NCBI GenBank assembly: GCA_045106715.1
Contig: JBGCFC010000009.1
Coordinates: 64,001 to 128,000 of the forward strand
DNA: 64,000 nt
Direction: 5' to 3'
From: Sandaracinaceae bacterium
GTDB taxonomy: Bacteria > Myxococcota_A > Polyangia > Polyangiales > Sandaracinaceae
A model generated the notes under the pieces. That model saw only the letters and a program-made list of their open reading frames with translations. It made no database searches and had not been told where the DNA came from. The position numbers were made by a program, and so were the translations under genes. How positions within the stretch are numbered: position 1 is the first letter of the stretch; every line of letters starts with the position of its first letter. This document shows, one piece after another, positions 29,805 to 39,136 of this stretch.

Positions 29805-30863
29805 TCAGTCCAGGGACTCGACGGCCAGCTCGCCGCTGCTCACGTAGCCGCGCCGGTCCAGGACGACCAAGCCAGTTTCGTCGTAGACCTCGAGCACGTA
29901 GAAGTCATCCGACGCGGCGGCGGGGTGGCCCACGCTGACGTCGATGCTCACCGCCGTGTCCCCGCACGACTCGTGGCCCTCGTCGATGCTCACCATGAAG
30001 GCGACGACATCCACGGCGTCGCCCGGAGCCGATCCGTCGCTGCAGGCGGTGAGCGTGTAGCTCTCGCCCACCCCGCACGCGTCGGCGTCGCACGGACAGT
30101 CGTCGTCATCATCATGTCCGTGTCCATGTCCATGGCCTCGGTGGCGGTGCCCACGACCCCGACGGTTCCGATGTCGGCGACGGTGCCGAGGACACCAATC
30201 GCCCTCATCGACGTCGTCGTCGCAGTCTTCGTCGACACCTTCGTCCATGTCTTCGTCGACGTCGTCGTCGCAGTCGTCCGCGGCCGGCCCTTCGTACAGG
30301 CACGTCACGGTGTCGCCGCTGCGGGCGTCTTCGAACGAGACGGTTGCGCTTCCGCCATAAGAGGAGCCTTCGGTCACTGGGAGCGCGTCCGGGACCGCGA
30401 CGCTCGCGACGCCCGCGAGGTCCAACACCCCGTCGCTTTCGCCGCTGGGTCCGTAGGTCGCGACGAGCGTCTGAACGGCGTCGGGTTCGTGGTTGTCGTA
30501 GTCCTCGACGAGCAACGTGTACGAGAAGCCCGGCACACCGTCGATCAGGGCGGCGCCGTTGCTGTCGCCGATCGCCACCCCATTGATGCGGCAGGTCACA
30601 TTGGCCGGGCTGAGTGTCACGAGCTCGCCGCCGACGGTGGTGTGAACCCACTCGCCGCTGCCGCTGGTGGCCGAGCCGCTGAGGTCTCCCGTCACGGCGT
30701 CGCCGTTGTCCAGCGTGCCGCTTCCCGAGATTCGGCACTGGGTTGGCTCGACCACCGCTCCGACCGCCGCGTCCGAGTCGCTCATGCACCCGGACAACGC
30801 GAGCGCGATCCCCAACATCGACCAGCAGTGGCGCTCCAGCAACATCAACCCCTCTCGGTGCAA
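29805..30863 (-). CDS. lipoprotein with His/Arg/Asp low-complexity metal-binding-like segment
   Basis: Lipobox 'LALSGC'. Contains 'DEDCDDDVDEGDWCPRHRRRHRNRRGRGHRHRGHGHGHGHDDDDDCPCD'. Confidence 0.5.
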   Translation of the reverse strand: MHREGLMLLERHCWSMLGIALALSGCMSDSDAAVGAVVEPTQCRISGSGTLDNGDAVTGDLSGSATSGSGEWVHTTVGGELVTLSPANVTCRINGVAIGDSNGAALIDGVPGFSYTLLVEDYDNHEPDAVQTLVATYGPSGESDGVLDLAGVASVAVPDALPVTEGSSYGGSATVSFEDARSGDTVTCLYEGPAADDCDDDVDEDMDEGVDEDCDDDVDEGDWCPRHRRRHRNRRGRGHRHRGHGHGHGHDDDDDCPCDADACGVGESYTLTACSDGSAPGDAVDVVAFMVSIDEGHESCGDTAVSIDVSVGHPAAASDDFYVLEVYDETGLVVLDRRGYVSSGELAVESLD

Positions 30864-30949
30864 AACTGCACCCCGCTCATAGTGTGCAGAGTCCGTACAC
30901 CTGGATCAAGTCGGTGGAGTCGTTTGCGATCCGGGCTACGTTGGAGCCG

Positions 30950-31597
30950 ATGCGGATCACGCGACGACGTGGGGTACTCGGGCTGGGGGTGGCGGCCTTC
31001 TGTGTGGTGTCGCTCGTGGCCTCGCCCGCACCGGCCACGATCGCGGAGCAGCGGGCGCGCCTGCCCCCGGCCGCCGAGTGCGCGGATGAAACGGTCGCGG
31101 GGGTGTGGCGCAGCCATGCCTGGAGCGCGCGCTGGGACGAGTGGCAGGTGTTCACGCTCTATGTGCGACGCGTCCCCGACCGTCCTGGTGCACTCGTCGG
31201 ACGCATCGAGAATCACTTCTGGGCGGGAGGCCGCGATGCCGAAGAGCCCCCTCCCTGCGCCGCGCAGCGAGGCTACGACGCCGTGGTGTCGATGCGCGCC
31301 GAGGGCTCGGTCAGCGACGACGGGACCATCCGTTTTGGCGGCGTGGGGCAGTGGACCCTCGAGCGCACCAACTGCGGCGGCATGCCTGGTGGGTACAACC
31401 TCGACGTGTTCTCCGGGCAGATCGACCCCACCATCTTGGAGTTCCAGTCGGTCAACAACGACGGGGGACGCGCGGTGAACGAGCCCACCGTGTTTCGGCG
31501 CATCCGATGTCCTCCCACGCCGTCCGCCGAGGCGCCCAGCGTGAACCCGCACCCGCCGCGCTTCTATCCCGAAGGGGGTGGCTGTTCTTGGTTCTGA
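30950..31597 (+). CDS. secreted hypothetical protein
   Basis: An internal ATG at 30950 gives 'MRITRRRGVLGLGVAAFCVVSLVASPAPA', followed by a globular domain with 6 Cys. Confidence 0.5.
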   Translation: MRITRRRGVLGLGVAAFCVVSLVASPAPATIAEQRARLPPAAECADETVAGVWRSHAWSARWDEWQVFTLYVRRVPDRPGALVGRIENHFWAGGRDAEEPPPCAAQRGYDAVVSMRAEGSVSDDGTIRFGGVGQWTLERTNCGGMPGGYNLDVFSGQIDPTILEFQSVNNDGGRAVNEPTVFRRIRCPPTPSAEAPSVNPHPPRFYPEGGGCSWF

Positions 31598-31618
31598 GGC
31601 TGGTGATAGAGTGGTGGC

Positions 31619-32776
31619 GTGAGGCTGTGGTCGAGCATGGTGTGTGCGCTCGTGATGGCCGGATGCTCGCCGTCCGCGACGCTCGTGGTCCAGCTGCGTA
31701 CGGAGATGCGGCCCGGGATCGAGTTCGACCGGGTCGAGACGGTGCTGTACGCCGGCCAGGGGATCTCCGCGCTCGACCTGCCTCAATCGGTCGCGCCCGC
31801 CCTTCCGGTGACCGAGTCCCGTGACACCTTCAGCGGAGAGCGGGTGGCCGAGCTGCTCGATGTGGCTCCCGGCGCGTATCTTGTGCGCGTCCAGCTCCTC
31901 GACGGACAGCGGGTGGTGGGCACAGGGCTCGCCGCCACCCAAATGGCCGACGTCTCGCAGCTCGTCGAGGTCTTCGTGAACCGGCAATGCCGAGGCGTCG
32001 AGTGTCCCGGCGCCACGGGCCGTGCCAACGAGATCGCGTGTCTTGGTGGCCGCTGTGTGGACCCGAGCTGCCCCGAGGACCCCGCCGCCTGCCCGGCGCC
32101 GGACTGCAGCGTCGATAGCGACTGTCCGGCAGGCGCGTTCGACTGCGTCACTGGGCGCTGCCTTGCTGGCTTTTGCGTCCTGTTGACCGAGGACGACCGT
32201 TGCGGTGGGGCCCGCTGTGCGCTCGAGACCGGGTGCATGGACGCGACCCCCGACGCGGGGCCGGGCGACGCCGGCATCGACGGGAGCGTTGACGGTGGAA
32301 CCGATGCGGGGCCCGACAGCGGGCCGCCGGACAGTGGGCCGCCGGACAGCGGGCCACCCGAGCCGACGTGCTTCGACGTGCCTAGGACCACGCTGAACAT
32401 CAGCTTCGCGCCGCTTTTCACGACCAGCACGCCTCCTCCGGATACGTGGAGCGCTCCCAGCGGAGCGAGCTGCCCCAGCTCCCTGGGTCCGGATGCGCCC
32501 TACTTCCGGGAAGAGGTCTTCTGCAACCAAGAGACCGCCCCGTACGATTTCTCCCTCACCATCGTCGAGCCCGTCGGAGACGAGATCGCGAGCCCTGTCA
32601 TCTGGGGATACCGCGGCAATGGCGTGACCGACGACGGTGCCTGCGAGTTCATCACTCGCGGCGTCGGCAGCGAGACCCCGCAGATCCTCCTCAACCCGGG
32701 CGAGTTCTTCACCGTTCGGGTGGGCAGCTCGATGACCGGCGCACAGGGGTTCTTCCGCGCCACCGCGAACCCCTGA
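31619..32776 (+). CDS. Cys-rich lipoprotein, hypothetical
   Basis: GTG start, lipobox 'VMAGC', an EGF-like Cys cluster and a 'DSGPPDSGPPDSGPP' linker. Confidence 0.55.
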   Translation: MRLWSSMVCALVMAGCSPSATLVVQLRTEMRPGIEFDRVETVLYAGQGISALDLPQSVAPALPVTESRDTFSGERVAELLDVAPGAYLVRVQLLDGQRVVGTGLAATQMADVSQLVEVFVNRQCRGVECPGATGRANEIACLGGRCVDPSCPEDPAACPAPDCSVDSDCPAGAFDCVTGRCLAGFCVLLTEDDRCGGARCALETGCMDATPDAGPGDAGIDGSVDGGTDAGPDSGPPDSGPPDSGPPEPTCFDVPRTTLNISFAPLFTTSTPPPDTWSAPSGASCPSSLGPDAPYFREEVFCNQETAPYDFSLTIVEPVGDEIASPVIWGYRGNGVTDDGACEFITRGVGSETPQILLNPGEFFTVRVGSSMTGAQGFFRATANP

Positions 32777-32915
32777 AGGTCCGCGTACGCGTTGGGCGTC
32801 TGCGAGAAGCTGGGGATCTGCCGTCGCTTGTAGGGTGCGCCCCACGCCCACGCCGTGAGGTGCGCCGCGCACTGCCCACTTTTCGGCCGGCCCGGTTCCT
32901 GCTACGCGCTGCTCC

Positions 32916-33776
32916 GTGAAGTGGGAAGACCGTAGACGCAGCAGCAACGTCGAGGACCGCCGGGGCGGAGGCGGCCGACGGCCGCGTGGCAAGCTCGCCA
33001 TCGGCGGGGTGAGCGGCATCGTTGTGATCTTGGGCGTGGTGGCGTTCGGCGCGGCGACGGGCACGGACGTGTCCGGTGTGCTGGGCGCGCTCATGGGAGG
33101 CGGAGGCGGATCGTCTGCGCCAGCGAACAGCGCGCCCGTGGACGGCGAGAGCGCCGAGTTCATCTCGGTCGTGCTCGCCGACACCGAGGACGCCTGGGGA
33201 CAGATCTTTCAGGCGCAGGGTCAGCGCTACGAGCCGCCGCGGCTCGTGCTGTTCCGGGACGAGGTCCAGTCGGCCTGCGGCATGCAGTCGGCGGCTGTGG
33301 GTCCCTTCTACTGCCCGGGTGACCGGCAGGCGTACATCGACCTCTCGTTCTTCGACGAGCTGGGCAACAACTACGGCGCGCCCGGCGATTTCGCGCAGGC
33401 GTACGTGCTCGCGCACGAGGTAGGGCACCACATCCAGACGTTGACCGGCGTGAGCAACCGCGTGCGCGCCATGAAGCGCGGCCGCCCGGAGGCCGAACGC
33501 AACCAGCTGTCGGTGCTGCAGGAGCTTCAGGCGGACTGCTACGCCGGCATCTGGGCGCACCACGCGCAGCGCGGCGATCTCTTGGAGGCGGGCGACCTCG
33601 AAGAGGGACTGCGCGCGGCCGCCGCGATCGGAGACGACACGCTGCAGCGTCGGGCGGGCCGGCGGGTGGCGCCGGAGTCGTTCACGCACGGCAGCGCCGA
33701 GCAGCGGGTGCGCTGGTTCCGTGTTGGGCTCGACAGCGGTGACATGAACCGCTGCGACACTTTCGCCGGACGCTGA
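32916..33776 (+). CDS. YpfJ-family neutral zinc metallopeptidase
   Basis: N-terminal TM, 'SACGMQSAAVGPFYCPGD' and 'AYVLAHEVGHHIQ' (HExxH), typical of the KPN_02809/YpfJ family. Confidence 0.85.
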   Translation: MKWEDRRRSSNVEDRRGGGGRRPRGKLAIGGVSGIVVILGVVAFGAATGTDVSGVLGALMGGGGGSSAPANSAPVDGESAEFISVVLADTEDAWGQIFQAQGQRYEPPRLVLFRDEVQSACGMQSAAVGPFYCPGDRQAYIDLSFFDELGNNYGAPGDFAQAYVLAHEVGHHIQTLTGVSNRVRAMKRGRPEAERNQLSVLQELQADCYAGIWAHHAQRGDLLEAGDLEEGLRAAAAIGDDTLQRRAGRRVAPESFTHGSAEQRVRWFRVGLDSGDMNRCDTFAGR

Positions 33777-33800
33777 AGACCGCACTCAACGGGATTCCCT

Positions 33801-35642
33801 GTGCACCTCCACGACAACGCACCCCTGACCGTCGCGTTTGCGCTGCTCGCCGGAATGGCAGGCCAAGCGCTGGCGAAGCACGCGCGTGTGCCGGGCATCG
33901 TGCTCCTGCTCGCGTTCGGGGTGCTCCTCGGCCCCGACGTGGCCAACCTCGTCCAGCCGGACTCCCTCGGCGAAGGCCTGCAGTCCCTCGTTGGGTTCGC
34001 CGTCGCCGTGATCCTCTTCGAAGGTGGGATGACGCTCCGGCTCAAGCGCCTGGCCCGCCAGAGCCGCGCGATCAACCAGCTTATCAGCGTCGGGGCCTTT
34101 GTCAGTCTCCTCGCAGGCGGAGCGGTCGCCGCCCTGGTGATGGGGTGGGACTGGCGCCGCAGCCTGCTGTTCGGGACGCTCGTCATCGTCACCGGGCCGA
34201 CGGTCGTCACGCCCATCTTGAAGAGGCTCAAGGTCAAGAAGACGGTCTCTACCGTGCTCGAAGCCGAGGGCGTGCTGATCGACGCGGTCGGGGCGATCAC
34301 GGCCGCGGTGGCGCTCGAGCTGGTGCTCTCGCCCGGCGGCTCGGAGGTCGCCATGGCGGCTCCTACCATCGCGTGGCGGTTGCTGTTCGGGGCCGTCGCA
34401 GGGGTGGTCGGCGGGGGTCTGCTCGCGTTCCTCTTGCGCTGGCGCGGGGTGATCCCGGAGGGCCTCGAGAACCCGTTCACGCTGGCCGGCGCGCTGTTGA
34501 TCTTTCAGCTGTCGAACGCGGTCTTCCACGAGAGCGGCATCGCTGCCGTCACGATCGCGGGCCTCGTCGTCGGCAACGTGCACTCGCACGCGCACCGCAC
34601 GCTGCACTCGTTCAAGGAGCAGCTCACGGTCATGCTGATCGGGCTCCTTTTCGTGCTCCTCGTCGCGGACGTCCGGCTCGCGGACATTGTCGCGCTGGGC
34701 GCGCCCGGCGTGATCGTGGCCCTCCTCACGATTCTGTTGGTCCGGCCGCTGAGCGTGTTCGTCAGCACCATCCGCACCGACCTTCGACGCAACGAGCGGG
34801 TGTTCATCGCCTGGCTCGGCCCGCGGGGGATCGTGGCTGCGGCGGTGGCTTCGCTGTTCGGCTACGAGATGGCGCGCGAGGGCATCGAAGGGGGCACCGA
34901 GCTGCGGGCGCTGGTGTTCCTCGTCATCGCGGTCACCGTCGTGTGGTCCGCGCTGACCAGCGGTCTCGTGGCCCGCTTCCTCGAGCTCAAGCGAAGGTCG
35001 GACGACGGATGGCTGATCATCGGCGCCAATGCCTTTGCCCGGCAGATGGCCGAGCTTCTGAGCGCGGCTGGCATGCAGGTCGTGTGTGTCGACCACGACC
35101 CCGAGCTGGTGCGCGCCGCGCAGGAAGAAGGCATCCGGGCCCTGCACGGCAATGCCCTGGAGGACCGCACTACCGGGCTCGCGGAGCTGGATACACGCCT
35201 CGGGGCGATCGCGATGACGACCAACGAAGAGGTGAACTACCTGTTCGGGGAGAAGGCGAAGCTCGAGTTCCGCGACGTTCGCTACCTCATCGCCATCAAG
35301 AGCGAGACGCGCGGGATCACGCGCGCCATGGTGGAGGACTTCGGAGGCAACGTGATGTTCGACGGAAGCACGGATGTCTCGCTCTGGTGCAAGCGTCTGG
35401 AGTCCAACGAGGCCACCGTTCGGTGGTACCGGGCTACCTCTAAGAAGGGACTGGCCGGTGTGTTGAAGGCCAAGGCCAAAACCCACGTCCCTTTGCTTCA
35501 TCGCCGCCGACGCCGTACGGAGCCATTCACGAAGGGCGTCCGGTTGCGCAAAGGCTCCGAAATCGCCGTTCTGCTCGAGACCGCGCGTCTCGATGAAATC
35601 CAAGGTGCGTTGCGAATCGCCGGCTGGGAGCCGGTCTCTTGA
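33801..35642 (+). CDS. CPA1-family cation:proton antiporter with C-terminal TrkA-N (RCK) domain
   Basis: About 12 TM helices followed by 'WLIIGANAFARQMAELLSAAGMQVVCVDHD', a Rossmann-type RCK domain. Confidence 0.85.
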   Translation: MHLHDNAPLTVAFALLAGMAGQALAKHARVPGIVLLLAFGVLLGPDVANLVQPDSLGEGLQSLVGFAVAVILFEGGMTLRLKRLARQSRAINQLISVGAFVSLLAGGAVAALVMGWDWRRSLLFGTLVIVTGPTVVTPILKRLKVKKTVSTVLEAEGVLIDAVGAITAAVALELVLSPGGSEVAMAAPTIAWRLLFGAVAGVVGGGLLAFLLRWRGVIPEGLENPFTLAGALLIFQLSNAVFHESGIAAVTIAGLVVGNVHSHAHRTLHSFKEQLTVMLIGLLFVLLVADVRLADIVALGAPGVIVALLTILLVRPLSVFVSTIRTDLRRNERVFIAWLGPRGIVAAAVASLFGYEMAREGIEGGTELRALVFLVIAVTVVWSALTSGLVARFLELKRRSDDGWLIIGANAFARQMAELLSAAGMQVVCVDHDPELVRAAQEEGIRALHGNALEDRTTGLAELDTRLGAIAMTTNEEVNYLFGEKAKLEFRDVRYLIAIKSETRGITRAMVEDFGGNVMFDGSTDVSLWCKRLESNEATVRWYRATSKKGLAGVLKAKAKTHVPLLHRRRRRTEPFTKGVRLRKGSEIAVLLETARLDEIQGALRIAGWEPVS

Positions 35643-35700
35643 TGCGCTGATCGCTCACCCTGTGCCGGGCGTTCCGGCCTATCGATAGAAAGACACGATC

Positions 35701-36234
35701 ATGAAGAAGACTTCCTTGCTCGCCATCCTCCTCACCCTCGTCCTCGGCGCCTGCGGTGGTGCCACGGCCGAAGAAGAGACCGACACGACGCCCGTCGCGC
35801 AGACCGAGCCGGCGCCCGAGCCCGAGCCGGAACCCGAGCCTGAGCCCCAGGACGTGCGCATCGACGGTGACCACCTCACCATCGACCGTCACATCAACTT
35901 CGAGAGCGGCAGCGAGACGATCCTCGCCGACTCGAACGAGCTCCTCGACCACATCGCGTGGGTCATCAGCCACAACGAGGAGATGGTCTCCCACCTCAAC
36001 ATCATCGGTCACACCGACCTCGTCGGGAACGACGCCGACAACCAGTCGCTCTCCGACCGTCGCGCGGCGGCCGTCGCAGCGGCGCTCCAGGAGCGCGGCG
36101 TGAGCATCACGCTCGACCACACCGGTGCCGGCGAGTCCAACCCCCTCTGCCAGGAGGAGACCGAGGAGTGCAACGAGCAGAACCGCCGCGTTGAGTTCCT
36201 CATCGTGACGGACACCGCGGGCGGCGAGGGCTGA
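35701..36234 (+). CDS. OmpA-family lipoprotein (peptidoglycan-associated)
   Basis: Lipobox 'LVLGAC'. The OmpA C-terminal motif 'IGHTDLVGNDADNQSLSDRRAAAVAAAL...NRRVEFLI' is present. Confidence 0.85.
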   Translation: MKKTSLLAILLTLVLGACGGATAEEETDTTPVAQTEPAPEPEPEPEPEPQDVRIDGDHLTIDRHINFESGSETILADSNELLDHIAWVISHNEEMVSHLNIIGHTDLVGNDADNQSLSDRRAAAVAAALQERGVSITLDHTGAGESNPLCQEETEECNEQNRRVEFLIVTDTAGGEG

Positions 36235-36267
36235 ACAGCCTGGCCTCCACGAGGCTGCCAACCGAAC

Positions 36268-36307
36268 GAGCGCTCGGGGCGAATGCCCCGGGCGCTCTTT
36301 CTATTTC
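36268..36307. terminator. bidirectional rho-independent terminator between convergent genes
   Basis: Hairpin 'gagcgctcggggc-gaat-gccccgggcgctc' (13-bp stem, 1 mismatch) followed by 'tttctatttc'. Confidence 0.55.
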
Positions 36308-36810
36308 AGTGCGTCTACCCACCCCGCGCGCGCGTCGGGAAAGGCGTCGGCGCTCGGCAGGTACGGCTTGAGATCGACCACCGGGGTGCCGTCCAGCAGA
36401 TCGAGGCGCTCGAGCACGACCGCGCGCCGCTCCACCCTGACGATCTTGGCAGCGCTCAACCCGATGGGGTTTGGGCGGTGTGGCGCACGCGTCGCGAACA
36501 GACCGCGCCTCACCCGGGGGCCACGCGGGGGAACGACGGTGGCGCGCCACCCCTGGTTGAGATGCAGCCACGCGAGGACCCACACACGCGAGAAACCCTC
36601 CAGGTCGCGCAGGCACTCGGGCGCGATGGTGTCGAACAACTCGATCCGGGACTCTTCGGAAAGACGGTGCAGAGGGTCAGCCTCGACCGCCGCCTGGCGT
36701 GGGGTTCCGTGGCGCTCGAGGTGCGGTGAGCGCACGACTCCGATCGCGTTCAGCGCGAACGCCGTGGGGGTCGACACGTCCCGGGCGTAGGAGCGGGGCG
36801 GGGGCTTCAT
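36301..36810 (-). CDS. TrmO/TsaA-like SAM-dependent methyltransferase family protein (YaeB)
   Basis: 'IGVVRSPH...GLFATRAPHRPNPIGLS...LDGTPVVDLKPY' is characteristic of the TsaA/YaeB fold. Confidence 0.8.
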   Translation of the reverse strand: MKPPPRSYARDVSTPTAFALNAIGVVRSPHLERHGTPRQAAVEADPLHRLSEESRIELFDTIAPECLRDLEGFSRVWVLAWLHLNQGWRATVVPPRGPRVRRGLFATRAPHRPNPIGLSAAKIVRVERRAVVLERLDLLDGTPVVDLKPYLPSADAFPDARAGWVDALK

Positions 36811-37718
36811 CGCGTGGGCGATTCAGCGAACGCGGCGAGCGCGGCCTCGGCCACGTGCGCGCCCGCCTCTTGAACGAAGTGGCCCGCTTCCTCGAGCATG
36901 AGTGGCTCGGGGCAGCCCTGGATCACACGCCGGAGCGACTTCATGACCGGGGGGCCGAGCACCGGATCTTGCACACCCACGGCCATGAAGGCCTGACCCT
37001 TCCACGCGCTCGACCACCAGGCCGCTGCTTGCTTCGAAAGCGCGGCGCCGGGCATCTCCGGAGTCACGGGCACGAGCGCCGGGAACGTGCGCACGCCGGC
37101 CTTGAACTCCACCGACGGGAAGGGCGCCTCGTAGGCCTTCTTGTCTTCGTCTGTCAGCCCCGGGATTGCGCGCGCCATCAGCCCGCCCACGTCAAAGTCG
37201 GGTTGGCTCGCGACGTACTCCTTCCACGCCTTGAACCCCGGCCCCGGATCGACCCCGACGGCGAGCGCGGTGTTCATCACGATCAGCCGCTCGACGGCCC
37301 GCGGGATGGCTACGGGCAGCGTGAGCCCGATGAGCCCGCCCCAGTCCTGGCACACCAAGGTGAACCGCGTCAGGGACAGCGTCTCGATGAGCGCGAGCAG
37401 CGCGTCACGATGGAACGAAAACCCATAGGCGTCATCGTCGGTGGGTTTGTCCGAGCGCCCAAAGCCGAAGAAGTCAGGTGCGATGACCCGGCCACCCGAC
37501 GCGAGGAACGGCGGGATCATCTTGCGGTACAGGAACGACCACGAGGGCTGTCCATGAAGGCAGAGAAACACGTGCTCCGCGTCCGACGGGCCTTCGTCGA
37601 GGTACGCCATCCGGAGCCCCTCATAGCCAGGAAGGTCCTCGGCGTACTTCGGTGTGTAGTCGAAGTCAGGCAGGTTCTCGAAGCGTGCTTCGGGGGTGCG
37701 GACAGCGTCGATGGGCAT
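36807..37718 (-). CDS. dhlA: haloalkane dehalogenase, DhlA-type (HLD-I subfamily)
   Basis: Collinear similarity to DhlA, as I recall it, is unusually strong: 'TPEARFENLPDFDYTPKY...DLPGY.GLR.AYLDEG.SDAE.VFLCLHG.P.WS.LYRKMIP.F...G.RVIAPDFFGFG.SDKP'. The nucleophile 'QDWGG', the Trp in 'FKAWKEY', the Asp in 'VQDPVLG' and the His in 'AGHFVQE' are conserved. It overlaps TrmO by 4 nt. Confidence 0.9.
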   Translation of the reverse strand: MPIDAVRTPEARFENLPDFDYTPKYAEDLPGYEGLRMAYLDEGPSDAEHVFLCLHGQPSWSFLYRKMIPPFLASGGRVIAPDFFGFGRSDKPTDDDAYGFSFHRDALLALIETLSLTRFTLVCQDWGGLIGLTLPVAIPRAVERLIVMNTALAVGVDPGPGFKAWKEYVASQPDFDVGGLMARAIPGLTDEDKKAYEAPFPSVEFKAGVRTFPALVPVTPEMPGAALSKQAAAWWSSAWKGQAFMAVGVQDPVLGPPVMKSLRRVIQGCPEPLMLEEAGHFVQEAGAHVAEAALAAFAESPTR

Positions 37719-37742
37719 GGCCGGGACTGTACACCGCGGCGT

Positions 37743-39110
37743 TCAGAGTTCGATGCGGTAGGCCACGATCACGGGGGGCCGATCGTAGTCGCCGACCTGC
37801 CCTGCGTTCGCCAGCGAGAGGTAGAGGGTGCTCGAGCCCGCGTCCCACGTGCCTCCGATGATGCGGTGCGCACCGCCATCGTCGAAGGGCACGTCCCACA
37901 CTCCGTACGCGTACGGCTGCGGCGCGGACAGCGTCTCGCCATCGAGGACGTCGTCGAGATCGTAGAGCCAGTAGTAGTTGGCGTAGTCGTCCGCGCCATA
38001 CGCGCAGTAGCCCCCACACAGGTTGTCGTTGTCCTGCCGGATCTTGTAGCCGATGCCGGTGGTCATCCCCCCGCTGCTCCCGAACACCGCGTAGGTGCGG
38101 GTGCCCGGAACGATGAAGCCGTACATGGCCTTGGACAGGAAGTTCCAGAGGGAGGAGGCCGCGGCGCCCTCTTCGCAGGAGGTCACGTCGTCTTCGATGG
38201 AGCACTGTTGCTCGAGCGCGTCTTCGGCGAGGTAGACCCCTTCGGAGTAGGCGTAGTCGAGGTGCGCAGTGGTCTCGATGCTGCCTTCGGCGGCCGGGTT
38301 GCCGGCCTCCGCGGTGAGGTCCGCGGGGTCGAACGCGAACAACGTCGGACCCACGCTGTAGCGGCCGATGATGGAGTAGTTCGACGCCCACCCCGCGAGG
38401 GCCGGGCCGCCGAGCGCGGCCTGCCATGCTTCGGGAATGGGCGAGACGAAGCCCGCGGCGCGCGCGCGCCCTGCGAGCTCGAAGTAGCCGATGACGGTGC
38501 CGTCCAGCTCGCCGTCCACGACGAGCAGAGTCGTGTCGGTTGCGGACGCCGCGGCGTCGTACCACCGGTTCGTCTGCACGATCAGGTGACCGTCCGACCA
38601 GTAGAGCCCCGTCACCCGGTCCATGCTGTCCGGATTGCCGTTCGCGGAGTCGCCCAGAACGTTGTGGAACTCCTGAAGCGGGGCCTCGACCACCGGCAGG
38701 TCCGCCACCACCGTGCCCGTCCCGAGGGTCTCTGGGATGGCGAACTCCGCGATCGCGTTGTGCTGCGCGTGGCCTGCGATGAACAGGGAATTGCGGTCCG
38801 GGTTGTGGCCGAGGGTGCCAACCGCGTAGTTGGTATTCGAGTCGCCGAAGTCCGCGCTGGAGAGGCGGAACGCCCCTGCGTACTCGAGGTCCTCCATCGC
38901 GAACAGGCCGGTGGGAAGAGGCCCGGCGTCGGTCGGGCCGGCGTCCGCTTCGCCCGCGTCCGTTCCCCCACGCGTTCCCGCATCGGGGCCAGCAGCGTCG
39001 CTGACTGGCTCGGCGTCCGAGGGGGCGCCCGCCGTGTCGCACGCCGTGAGTCCGAGGAGGACGCTGACCGAGGCGAAGAGAAGAAGGCGCGTGTCGTTCT
39101 TCAGTCGCAT
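37743..39110 (-). CDS. lipoprotein, hypothetical
   Basis: An internal ATG at 39108-39110 gives 'MRLKNDTRLLLFASVSVLLGLTAC'. The portion upstream in the ORF is Arg-rich and spurious. Confidence 0.6.
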   Translation of the reverse strand: MRLKNDTRLLLFASVSVLLGLTACDTAGAPSDAEPVSDAAGPDAGTRGGTDAGEADAGPTDAGPLPTGLFAMEDLEYAGAFRLSSADFGDSNTNYAVGTLGHNPDRNSLFIAGHAQHNAIAEFAIPETLGTGTVVADLPVVEAPLQEFHNVLGDSANGNPDSMDRVTGLYWSDGHLIVQTNRWYDAAASATDTTLLVVDGELDGTVIGYFELAGRARAAGFVSPIPEAWQAALGGPALAGWASNYSIIGRYSVGPTLFAFDPADLTAEAGNPAAEGSIETTAHLDYAYSEGVYLAEDALEQQCSIEDDVTSCEEGAAASSLWNFLSKAMYGFIVPGTRTYAVFGSSGGMTTGIGYKIRQDNDNLCGGYCAYGADDYANYYWLYDLDDVLDGETLSAPQPYAYGVWDVPFDDGGAHRIIGGTWDAGSSTLYLSLANAGQVGDYDRPPVIVAYRIEL

Positions 39111-39136
39111 GGCGAGGGGTATACCGCCCGATCCTC

